In this document: positions 1-11,688 of the stretch, piece by piece
Layout of the letters: every line of letters begins with the position of its first letter
How positions within the stretch are numbered: the first letter of the stretch is position 1
From: Macrostomum lignano
Lineage: Eukaryota
NCBI GenBank assembly: GCA_002269645.1
Contig: NIVC01000363.1
Coordinates: 124,001 to 188,000, forward strand
Direction of reading: 5' to 3'
Length of the DNA stretch: 64,000 nt
The notes under the pieces: generated by a model
The model's input: the letters and a program-made list of their open reading frames with translations, nothing else
The model's database searches: none
Told to the model about the DNA's origin: nothing
Made by a program: the position numbers and the translations under genes

Positions 1-198
1 GGTCATGACTTTCTAATCGTCAGGCATGCAGTCTCTGTGCCTTAGGGGTTGGTCCTCATGGCAAGACAACCCACCAGGCAAATTTCATGCACCAAAAGGC
101 TCAAATGAATTATGCGGCCGCGCACGGAAATCGAACCTACTCAAGGCTACTCAAAATTTTCATGATAGACTTAAAATATGGTTATTAGAGAGGGGGTT

Positions 199-430
199 GT
201 ACATGTAGCCTAGTGGTTAGAGAGTCGGACTTACGACTTGAATGGCGGGGGTTTGACACAACTCTGAATTGCTACAATTCCACCCAGCTGTAAAATGGGT
301 GCCAGCATTTAGCTGGGGTAATTGAGGCTGTGTGTGGCGACCCCCTACAGTCCCCCCAGCAATAGCTTCGGCTGAGCTGTCGGTTGCACATCTGGCCATT
401 AGGGCAGATATGTAATCCATTATTGCAATA
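199..430 (+). mobile_element. tRNA-derived CORE-type SINE, copy 1 (internally deleted)
   Basis: A-box TAGCCTAGTGG (206-216), degenerate B-box GGTTTGACAC (~250), and CACCCAGCTGTAAAATGGGTGCCAGCATT. Body is shared with the copies at 12.9 kb and 52.9 kb. Confidence 0.8.
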
Positions 431-473
431 TAACTATTACAATAAACACGAAATCCCCACCAACTCAACAAAG

Positions 474-3400
474 GTGTGAAAGCATTTGGCTCACTGTCCC
501 TGCCGCTGGCGATAAAGTTTGAGGACCCGTGCCGAACCCGGTTGAGCGTGATCAATAACGGCACAGATTGGCGACCACTGATCGGTCACGTGGCTTCTGC
601 AAACCAGGTGTGAATGAAAAGCATTAAGTGACTATTAGCTAGTTGGTCAATTTCAAAACTGACTTAACTTTACACACATATTTACAGAAGCCCGTTGCCT
701 ACATGATGCTGAACAGCTCGACGAATGCACTGAGGTGGCAAGCGATAAATATCACAGGTAAACAGACTCGAGTCAATACGCTCAAACTCCCAAGCTATTC
801 AGAAGAAACAATAAATTCGAAGAAAGTAGTTGTGCATCACATTTTTCTATTTTCGAGACGGGTTGATTGTCCACTAAAGCAGGGGCATCAGGGGCTTTAG
901 CACCATGGGCGCCAGCACCAGGGGCGCCAGCACCAGGGGCGCCAGCACCATGCATGGGCGCCAGCACCAGGGGCGCCAGCACCAGGGGCGCCAGCACCAG
1001 GGGCGCCAGCACCAGGGGCGCCAGCACCAGGGGCGCCAGCACCAGGGGCGCCAGCACCAGGGGCACCAGCACCAGGGGCGCCAGCACCAGGGGCGCCAGC
1101 ACCAGGGGCGCCAGCACCAGGGGCGCCAGCACCAGGGGCGCCAGCACCAGGGGCGCCAGCACCAGGGGCGCCAGCACCAGGGGCGCCAGCACCAGGGGCG
1201 CCAGCACCAGGGGCGCCAGCACCAGGGGCGCCAGCACCAGGGGCGCCAGCACCAGGGGCGCCAGCACCAGGGGCGCCAGCACCAGGGGCGCCAGCACCAG
1301 GGGCTTTAGCACCAGGGGCTTTAGCACCAGGGGCTTTAGCACCAGGGGCGCCAGCATCAGGGGCGCCAGCATCAGGGGCGCCAGCACCAGGGGCTTTAGC
1401 ACCAGGGGCGCCAGCACCAGGGGCGCCAGCACCACGGGCGCCAGCACCAGGGGCGCCAGCACCAGGGGCGCCAGCACCATGCATGGGCGCCAGCACCAGG
1501 GGCGCCAGCACCAGGGGCGCCAGCACCAGGGGCGCCAGCACCAGGGGCGCCAGCACCAGGGGCGCCAGCACCAGGGGCGCCAGCACCAGGGGCGCCAGCA
1601 CCAGGGGCGCCAGCACCAGGGGCTTTAGCACCAGGGGCTTTAGCACCAGGGGCGCCAGCACCATTGGCGCCAACACACGCTATAAAATATATTTGAGTAC
1701 AATAAATCGATTTTAAGTATTCCACATAACAACCAATTGTCTAAAAAACATTTAAGGTGCCCAGCCGCGGCTGCAACTACTGTCAAATGAGACCTACATA
1801 TACTGTAGCAGCCTTGCTCAGTCACTCAGCTTGACCCTTGGCGACAAAATCTGTTTCAATGTAGCTGAGAAACGCTGCGACAACGGAGCCGCTTCTGAAA
1901 TTGATTGCGACATTGCTGCTCTCGATGGCAAAGTTTCGAGAGTTAATAAGGTGAGTTTTCTCAGGTGTTATCGTAGATTTTCATCATAAACCGGATGTAC
2001 TCGTATTTTAAGGACCAGTAGATGAGTAGATACGTAGGAACGTCTGACCACGCACAAACGATGTGATATCTGTATAGCATCTGTTTGCAGACATTGTTTT
2101 ATCAAATTTAAGAAGGCCAAATTCTAAACTTGATCGATCGGCCCTCGTTTGGGCGATATAGCAAGTCTTCAAAAGCTTGCTGCTAAGGCTTAAATTGCTT
2201 GGTAAATGCTATAGTACAGGGGTGGCAAACTCCGTCCCGCAAGCCACATGCCCACAGAGCCTCTCTATCCGGGTCCTTTGAAACTTCACAATAGTAATCC
2301 AGCCCGCTCAAGGTCTCTTCTCAGCTCTCTTCTCTCTAATAACCTGATTGCACGATGCGTCCGACACTTGCGCTATCATATGCATCGTTTAGATTCGCAA
2401 TCCTTGAAGCATTCTAGATTTAACGTCAAAAGACTTCCTTTTTTACCTCTCACCATTTTTGTAGCTGACTTGCCAACCAGGCCTCACATCCGGCGGCACT
2501 CAAAGCTGCGTTTTCGAATTCGAGGCCAGCCCGAACTATCACGGGGGCTTCCTACGCTGCGCTTCCAGGCACGGCGGCACTGCCTCAGGTTACAGCTGGT
2601 GGCAGATTGAACAAGTCCTGGAAATGAACGGTTAGTTACACTTGATAAATTGGTGGAAAATGCAGGATCTTTCATCTTTCATAATTATACACTAGTCCTA
2701 TATCACAACATTAAATCCTGACATTTAAATAAAAATAATAAAAATGATTGCTAAATATTGTCATTTCCAGTGAATCCCAGCAACATGCGTTTGGATGCTC
2801 CACCTCTTTGGCTAGCCGGATATCCGGTCAATGTGACGTTCGAATCGTTCGATTCCTATCCGGCTCCGAGGCATCAGTGCCGGATTGAGGCGAGTGCTGC
2901 AGCCGCCACGGCAACTCCGTGGAATATGACACTTTTGTCCACGGTAAGTGACGATGCTGTGTTAAGAGTGCATGAGTTGGTGAATGAATTTAGATCTACG
3001 GTTGAATTATCTGCGATGATCTTGTCGATCTTGTCCGGGTTTTGTTCCTTGAGAACGGTTCTGCAGTCCTAGGCCCTAGCCGACGTCCAGTGGGTGGTCA
3101 GGATAAGGACCACTATAGTAAACTCAAAAATCGTGTAATTTTTGGGAGGGCAGTATCCTGTAAAAATCCTATTTTTAATCACATTATCAATGATTGCATT
3201 TGATCTGGGGCAGTGAAAATATTTCCATTACTTTAATTTACTTTGAGTTTATGTCCTGTTATACGACAGTGGTCTTTGGGTCAGGACCCAAAAACTGAAT
3301 CTGAAGGATGGGACTCTCTCTAGCAGCAATTTTACGCCTTCAAGATCAGCGACGATCGAGTCACCAAGGCATGTTACATGTTACATCATCCACGTCGGGT

Positions 3401-6400
3401 CGTACTGTTGCGACTCGGCGTTTCGTCCACTGCTGGTATATTCAGGCGTGGATGAGACATTTGAAACAACTTTCTCTCTAGTTCATAGTTCACTAATCCT
3501 ACATCCAGAGCATAAACTCTACAACACTGCACAACATCCCCACAGACGATCGAGTCAGTGAAAGGCAATCTCGGTGCTACCCTACTTAACGTCAAATCTG
3601 TGTTCGCAGTTCAGCCTGTCAAAGAGATGACCGGTTCATCGGTCCATTGCGAAGTCATACCAAGCACTGGTATAAGAATCAAATTTCAAGAGCCTTGGCT
3701 GTTTCAAATACCGACTGTGACAGGTAGGTGACGCAATGTATATGAGATCATTTTGACAAAGATTTGTTGCTATCACGCTTTTTCACTAGAAACCTCTTGT
3801 TTCAATTCCTTCCTTTATCTGTCATCTTTTGAACTGTCCTCCCTAGATCATTTTTGATGCTAAGCTTAGCAGTATTGCTCATTAAAATTACAGATCCCTG
3901 CATCAACAGCATAACGTTTTCAAGCAATGCAAACAGTAATTATTTGGAAGCTGGCCAAATTGAGCAAGTCCAAGTGACGTCACATCGTTGCGAAACCAGT
4001 GGTTGGCCAGTGAGTCACAGCTGCTGGCTAACTGTTGGCTCAGATGCGGAGTTAAAGCTGAAAAAGATTAGCGTAAGTAATGAAGAAATACATGGTTTTG
4101 ATCTTTATTCCTTTCTCAAATTTTAGCTTCGAATAAAGTCACTGAGTTGCCTTTTACGAGCATATATGTCCTGAGAAAAAGTTTTCTTAGAACCTTCATA
4201 ACGTAATTTGACCTTATTTTTCGCACTTCTCCCATAGCAAACCGGATTTTCGAGTGTTCACCAATTGAAGTTAACAAAATCGATGACAAATTCTGATTGG
4301 CAAGTCAGATGTCAGGTCAACCAGTCGATGCAACATCAATATCCCGATGTTTACAGTCGAAAAAGCGATCAACCTAAAGTTTTTTGTAAGTTGTTTTCCA
4401 GTTTCTAGCCTTACCTATAATGCAGCAAAAAGCAGAATAAAACATATCGATATTTCCCATCTGTTTCTTTCAAAAAAGTTCGTGGAAGGACCAATTTAGA
4501 AGGATTCGATGTCGAAACGAACAAGCTGCTCTCGATAAATATTTCTGTCAGCGAAGCTTGGCCACCCATTTCTTCGATAGTTTGTCAACTGTTTTATTTC
4601 ACTAAAGGTCAACTAGAGGAGGTGAGAGTGTCAAGATATATCCTGTACACTCTGTGCGAGTGTGTGTGTGTCTGCGTACATTACGAGTACATCCGCTCGC
4701 TTGTAAGTGCTTATGAGGCAGCTTAATTGGCATGAAAAATTGTAGCCGGTCGTGGGACGATGTTGCAGAAGGCTTGCGCCAGGGTATCCATGCACCGCCC
4801 TGGCGCAAGACAAGAATTGCCCGCAGTGCATTTTGTTCGTGAGTGAATTGCCCGCCGAGGTTTGCCGCAATGCCTTTTTCCTGCAGCGCATTTAGCTACG
4901 GGCAACTAGATTCTGAGGCAAACCTCGGCGGGAAAACTCGGCGAACAATTAATTCGTCTGCGGGCAATTCTCATGGACCCCATCCTGCAATTATCATTAG
5001 TCTATTCCCCGATCGTGTTTAACCTTGTTGAGATTCGCAGTGATAAACTCAATTTAACTAGAGAAGAATATTCATTACCTCTTTGATCCATTGGGCCAAT
5101 CCTTATTGCTTGAGTAGTGAACTTGTGCATGCTACGCTCATGCATCCGTGTGCATACTCCTCGGGAGAGTCTGTCAAAGGCCTCGCTCGGGTAGCCAGAA
5201 AAAAAACGTATGGCTTACTTTATTTCAGACCCTGCCTAACAAAACAGCTCAGCGCTTGTTGGACTCAGCCGCTCCAACATCAGACAGGCTCAGCAAATGG
5301 ACTTTAAAAATCTGGGCTCAAATATTTGATAAGTCAAGCGTAGTGCTGCTCGAATGTCTACTGGAGCAGAAGAGTCAAAAGCTACTTGTTGCAACAACTA
5401 AGAAGATTTTCACACTGCCGCTGAGTCCGAATGTGGATGCCTCCGATATTGAAGCCATCAGGAACAGCTTTGCCCTGTCTACTCCGGCAGCTGGAGGCAA
5501 ACTCGAGTATGATTGGAGACTGGAGAAAAATTCCCTGCTACAGTTGTTAATCTTATTTGGTGCTCTGGTCCTGTGCGTTATTGTTGTTGCTGCAGTCACC
5601 GCTCTGATCGTCAAGGTTAGTTGCATGTATGACTCTGAGTTGTTGCGCCAGCGTGTGATTGGCACATCAACTTTAACTTTGGCATCCTGAATTTGGACCC
5701 CAGATGTCTCTAAATGGTTGCCCCTGTTCTCTAGGTGGGTATTCCTGTCTCTAGGTACGTGCCCCTATTTCTAGATGGTCGCCCCAGTCTCAAAAAGGCT
5801 GCTCCTGTCCCTAGATGGGTGCCCATGTCTCTAGATGCGTGCCCCTGTCTCCAAGTGGTTGCCCTTGTTTCTAGGTGGGTATCCCTGTCTCTAGGTTGCA
5901 TGCCCCTGTCTCTATACATTCAGGTACGTCCTTCTGTCTCTAGATGGTTGCCCCTGTCTCTAGGTACGTGCCCCAGTCTCTACATGTAGATGGGTGCCCC
6001 TGTCTCTAGATGGGTGCACCTGTCTTTAGATGGGTGCACCTGTCTTTGGGTACGTGCCCCTTGTCTCTAAATGGTTGCCCCTGTGTCTAGATGGTTGCCC
6101 TTGTCTCTAGATGGACGCCCCTTTGTCTTTATGGACGCCCCTCGCTCTGTCTCTTAGGCCGAAGGAGCGAAGCGCACTTTTTGTGGGGGGGAGGTCAGCC
6201 GCCCCCTGCCCCCCTCTGCCTCTGGGTATACGGTATGTGCACCCAGTCTGAAAATGACAATTCTGATTCACGCCAGGTTCCCATATCCCAATTTTGTAGA
6301 GGCACACAAAATCTCTGATAACAACAACAAATCGACTTGCAACCGCGTGCTTGCTAGAACAGCAAAAGCGTCAACTGCAAACTCTGGAGCTGAAACAGCT

Positions 6401-6584
6401 CCCAGACAGTCCAATACGTCCTGTCAGCAATGACGGCACTTACTATGAAGAGTCCGATCTCAATTGCTACGAGGAAGTGTCCATTTCACCGCTAACAAGC
6501 TTCTTGAAGTGTTCCAATTCAAATAGCGCAAATGAGAATCTGCGTGGGTCGTCGAGCACGTCTGCTTACATCAACTGCGATTAG
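474..6584 (+). CDS. Ig-superfamily-like single-pass (type I) membrane protein; 5' end lies outside the window
   Basis: Phase-consistent GT-AG exons read by hand: 474-607, 688-757, 1757-1950, 2465-2630, 2771-2943, 3324-3435, 3610-3723, 4479-4621, 5229-5615, 6300-6584. Ectodomain has Ig-like strings (PRLQLLSNETYIYCSS; CVFEFEASPNYHGGFLRC; VNVTFESFDSYPAP) and many N-x-S/T sequons. TM segment LLQLLILFGALVLCVIVVAAVTALIV is followed by KRH and a Tyr-containing tail ending SAYINCD*. Confidence 0.75.
890..1670. repeat. 15-bp minisatellite (GGGGCGCCAGCACCA, variant GGGGCTTTAGCACCA) in an intron of the Ig gene
   Basis: Direct inspection: about 50 tandem units. Confidence 0.97.
2217..2290 (+). mobile_element. 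Possible 5' end of an hAT-like MITE (CAGGGGTGGCAAACT...CCCGCAAGCCACATG)
   Basis: Resembles the CAGGGGTG-CCAAAC..GGCCCGCGGGCCACAT terminus common to non-autonomous hAT elements. No matching right end found. Confidence 0.35.
4813..4971. mobile_element. 159-bp MITE-like element with nested inverted repeats
   Basis: 14-bp TIR AGAATTGCCCGCAG (4813-4826) / CTGCGGGCAATTCT (4958-4971). Inner 16-bp IR CCCGCCGAGGTTTGCC (4851-4866) / GGCAAACCTCGGCGGG (4917-4932). CA dinucleotide on both flanks. Confidence 0.65.
5700..6228. repeat. ~20-bp minisatellite (TCTAGATGGGTGCCCCTGTC) ending in a GC-rich terminal-like segment
   Basis: Degenerate tandem units 5700-6150, then GGGGGGGAGGTCAGCCGCCCCCTGCCCCCCTCTGCCTCTGG, which resembles a non-autonomous DNA-transposon end. 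Confidence 0.85.
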
Positions 6585-8099
6585 GACATGATGACTCTGA
6601 GATTCACCAAGATTCACTAGAAATGATAATAATGCCATTCACACAATCACAGATTCATCAATAGGTGGGTGCTCCTTTATGCAGAGTGAAAATTAATTAT
6701 ATAATCGTTAGCGGCAGACCATCAACCGTAAGCGACACCTCTCTTATACTAGCCCAATGTAATTTTACAATACGAGCTATATAATTGTTATGCTGGCTTT
6801 CAAAGTCGAGCTCTCTGAGTGGTGCTAAGCTTTTGATTTTACTTCACGAAATCGACTAATATCCCCCAGATTATGCATGATGTGTTCAGTAGTCAATTAT
6901 ACACGAACGCTCGTGCGAGTACATTCTAAAACTATTTACATCTATCTCTACTAAATCCTTGACTTCATAATTTGTAAAGTTTTTGTAGTACAATTGTCCT
7001 ATGCAAATAAAACGCCAATACAATAAACAAAAGCAAATTCGATTAATGTGCCGCGTAAACTATCTGCCGTCTCTCTCTCGCAGTTAACTCCTAATTTACG
7101 AGTCGAGTATATTAGGTAAATCTGCTCTTACGCACGTATGTTAAAGCTACAAACGTCTAGCTGTAGCATATGTAGCAATGCATGCCTAAAATTAGACGTC
7201 TAGGGTCTGGTTTGAACCATAGACATAAGTAGCTGCAACAAAAATCGAGCCTTTTGTTGGGCAGAAAGAGGACAGAAGCGCAGTCTGAAGCCTTTGAGAA
7301 TACACGAACACATTGCTAGCTTATTTGACACTGGATCGAGAAAGATGAGCAGTTACCATGTATAGAATCCCTCGATGGCGTTACATCAAACTAATTGGCT
7401 CTGGTTACCGAACTGATTCGGGAAGATCATAGTGAAGATAGAGAGCTACAACGCTTTCTTCAATTCATCACCGATTTCAGTCGACATGACGATGATATGC
7501 AGTCATGAAGCGTTTGAAGTCATGAAGTCGAGCCTCGAGAGAGCTCTCAAGAGCTAGTCTAGCTCTTAAAGTCTATAGCCTTCCGGGCTGGGACTGGTTT
7601 TTAGGAGCCGTCAGGGATAAACTCTTGCAAGTTAGTGGCTCTACCACAGAAATTACAGCAATGAAGTCGAATTAGATTCGAGCGCACTACTTTTATTCTA
7701 AGACTATGGCAGTAGTATCAACTGACTTTGTTACCAACGTTGCAGTAAAGAATCAGATAAAAAATATGGAAAAGTTGTTGCTTTTGATAAATTTTCAATT
7801 CCGTTTTTAAATTCTAGACAAGCACAGAAACTTTTTTGTTTAAACGATAAATTATCAGAATAGCGCATTTAATGGTCTTTTTTGAATCACGAAGCGTGCA
7901 ATAGCCAGACGAATTAAACACTGAGCTTGACAACAGAGCAGGAAAGTGAAGGTGTAAGTGTCTCTCTGCTAACTCCCAATCCATGAGAAATGAATTAGTC
8001 ACACGTCAGTTTTTTATCTCAAGGTTATATCGTACATATCATATAGATAGCCTGTTGGGGCAGAATATTTTGCCTCCTAGACCTAAACTAAACATAGAC

Positions 8100-11000
8100 A
8101 TGGACAAAATTCGACAAATATTTTGCCCCACCCATGCACTCGTCTGTACACTAGGCCTAACAACTTAAGTTAGAGTGGCTGAGATGAAAGCAGCTGCATT
8201 GCAAAACATATGTATGTCTAGCCAGCCTAGCATTAGCATAGGCCAATTCCTAATGATTTATATAGCAAAGCAAATATCAATTAGCATTTTGGCAAAAAAA
8301 TCATTAGACATAAAGACAGTTCAGAACTTCAGAGGTTAGGCCTAGCCTATGTTCTATTAAACTTCTAAAATAAATTATTATCAAACCAGCTACAATCTTA
8401 AATTTTCAATTTTCAAATCTTAGATTAAATTTTAGTTTTAAATATTAGACAAATAAGTATCAAGTAGGCCTAGGTCTTTTGACTTAGGCCTAGTATTCAG
8501 TAATTGATATTAAGTACCATATTAATGTATTCATGACAATTTCATTGATAAATTAAGTCTATATTTAAGTTCTTATGACCTTTATATCATGAGTCATAAC
8601 CATGAAGACTCTAACTAGTCTATCTAGTCTGGGCCTATTTTGTTATTAAAGTAGGCCTAGTTGTTATCAAAGTTGCTGCCACTCTCTAGTCTAGACTCTA
8701 GATTATATAGTATATAGGCCTAGGCTACCCAAAAAATTTGGGTATGCATTGGCTTTGTATACCAAAAATTAGGCATGCCATAGTTTAGAATATAATATAT
8801 ATATTGAGATTTATTGGCATACAACAAGGATACTTGCCATTTTTCAGTGTACATCAGCATATATATATGACTAGTATACACTAGTATACATGACACAGTG
8901 GCCATAGTTTGGATTGTATATTAGCATCAACATTAGTGTACATCAATATCAACATTCATAACAACAATATAACAATATAACATAACAATATAACAACATA
9001 AAAACAAAATTAGTGTATATTAGGTCTAGTAGAGGGAAAAGTACAAGACCACATTTGTATAGCAGGACTAAAAAAAGTTCTCAATTATGTATGTATGCCA
9101 AAGTTGTATTCTTTTATTCATTTTTGAATTTATTATTCATACAGAATAACAAATTTAAAAATTATGCACTTTTGCAATGTGCAATAAGAAAAAACAATTA
9201 TAAAAGAAGTTTAAATACTTTTTATTTGCTAAAAATTAAGAAAAAACAAGTGTTTAAGAGTGCAAAGTTTAAAATTGTTTTTTTTATTATTCTTTAACAT
9301 GACAATAATAACATTCCATAATGACAATGTTGCATATTGGCCTAGTTTATTATATGTAGTCACTAGATAGAATGCAGTCATATATGAAAAGAATGCAGGA
9401 TCACTTTATTTGATCCTAACATATACATATATATATATAACCTTGGGATTCACCCAGCCATTTCTATTGGCAAAACACACATGTAAGTCACTATTGGCTG
9501 AGAGCAGTCAATGTGACTATTATTGTGTCCAATAGTGACTTACATGTATGAGGTACCAATAGAAACAGCTAGGCAAATCCCTAGATTGTACCCAAGCATG
9601 GGTATGTCATAGATATAAGCCAAAAATATCTACTATATCATGTACACTGGGATGTATGCTGATATACACTAAAAAATGGCAAGTACCCTTGTTGTATTCT
9701 GGGAAATTTTGGCGTACATGTCTACCTTCTGAACTATGGCACAGCAGAAAATTTTAGCATAGATCTATGGTATACCTGCATAAATATTAGGATCAAATAA
9801 AGTGACTTTTTACATAAATTATGCTACATAGAATGCTATCAACATGGATTCACAGAACAAAAAATATAAAACAATTTTAATTTTTGTGCCCTAAAAGCTT
9901 ATTTTTTCTCAATTTTCGCAAATAAATATATTTAAAATACTTCTTTTATAACTGTCTTTTTTTCAGAGCAAATTGCAAAAGTGCATACTTTTTAAGTTTG
10001 TTATTCTGCATGAGTAATAAATTCAAGAACAAAAAAAAGCATACAACTTTGGCATACAAAGTTGAAAATATTTTTTTAATCACAATATACAAATGTGGTC
10101 CTATATTTTCCCCCACTGGACCCAGCATACGCTAATACATAATCTGAACTATGGTTGGCATGGCATATGGCAAGTATTACCCTTAAAAAATGCATGTGTA
10201 TACCTAAAAGGTTGATTTTTAGATATAAATTTTAACCCTTGTAGTTTTTTTAAGCTTGTAATAAGGCATATAAACAAATATTTGTCTGTATTAATTGTGT
10301 TCTGTCAATAGTATAGACAAAAAAATAAATAATGAACCAAATTATTACCTAAAAGGGTTCTTTATGCAACACAAAAAGGTCATTTACTGTTGCAATGCAA
10401 AGGCCATTTATTTATTGTTAGATTACAACACTGGCCTAGATTTAAGAGTATAGATGTTCACTGAAAAAAAATTTGGTATGCATTTGTAACTATTTGATTT
10501 TTGTTTGGGTATGCATCCAGCATGATCTAGACTATGGAGTTGCCATTATTAAATTAGATAAAATTAAAATAAAATTTGCTATCATTTTTATTTTATTTTG
10601 CTTTTTCTATTTATGTTCTCTTTTTATCATATATGTACAACACCCAGCTAAGCCAGCTGCCAGTTTCCAAAAAAATAGAATTAGTTGCTTCCACTTAAAT
10701 TTCTTAGAAACACTGCCTTTGGGAACTTTTGAATTGTGGGATCTAGGGACAAAGTAACTTGGTGTTTGACACAATCTCATGCTCATTGCTTAGCTATTAT
10801 AGTCAGTCTGGTCAGTAGGCTGAAGTGATCCTTAGCTTGTCTGCTAAAGAGCTTACCTGACATACTAGATTAGGCCAAGTCACAACAGTAGAAATTTGTA
10901 TTCTATAGACCTATATTTGCTAAATATTTAGCAAATTGGTTTTATTTGTTAGCAATAGGCTTTATAAATGAGTCTTAGACTTTGTATAGCCTAGACATCC

Positions 11001-11200
11001 TAGGACCTAATATGTGTGTATATGTTTATTTAATAGTCTTATTTACATATGTTAAAAACAAAGCTTCTTACTAAACAAGTAGATTGTATCTGTATTTTGT
11101 CAGTTTTGACATAATTCTTCACTTTTATAGCCATGCCATTATTCCCATTATTTATATAGGGAGCAGCTACTAGTTCAGAAGATTTTTTGGATTAGATATA
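8100..11200. repeat. Old AT-rich dispersed repeat region with degenerate inverted duplications
   Basis: ~9020-9200 is a diverged reverse complement of ~9945-10130. ~8815-8860 is a diverged reverse complement of ~9655-9695. ~10230-10600 is a diverged direct match to ~47570-47900. Confidence 0.6.
9445..9581. repeat. Hairpin/MITE-like palindrome
   Basis: Perfect 19-bp IR ACATGTAAGTCACTATTGG (9479-9497 / 9529-9547), perfect 10-bp IR TTTCTATTGG (9461-9470 / 9556-9565), and an imperfect outer GGGATT..AATCCC pair. Confidence 0.8.
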
Positions 11201-11688
11201 ATATAATTAAAGGTTGTTGACCTGAAAGTTGGTAATTCATTTTCGATAAACAATTAGCTGGCATAGTAGAAGGCCAAAGCCTAGTGGTCTGGCGCACCAC
11301 TGATATGTAGTCACATTAATTTGGAGCTAAATTGGAATCTTGGCTTGGCTCTGCTCATGAAATTAATGCTCTCGAGGGCCAACCCCCAAAGCACAATAAA
11401 AAGTGTACATACCTTAATAATACATAAAGTTAGGGCCATTGTACACTCCTGTGTGAGTGTGCCTGCTCAAGGGAGTTAGTGGGATGAGAAGTAATGCCTA
11501 TAACTCTTGCCAGTTGTGTGACAATGTCGCTTAAAGTGCACCAGAGTGCACACAGCACAGCCCCCTGTCTCTAACTATAATAAAGTGAACTAAAAATTGA
11601 TCCTGGGTTCAATATATAGAAGTTAACTGCCAATGTATCAATGCCTACTGTAGTTATATTTACCTGTCCTAATGCTTTGTTTATGCCA

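Noticed and set aside
782-1725. Collagen/elastin-like ORFs (GAPGA, RGAST, LVLAP repeats), and likewise 61551-62365
   Set aside because: These are six-frame translations of a stop-free 15-bp intronic minisatellite lying between phase-matched exons.
9013-10128. Pair of similar ORFs on opposite strands (9013-9297 +, 9946-10128 -)
   Set aside because: The similarity comes from an AT-rich inverted repeat; composition (K/F/N/I-rich) is non-coding-like.
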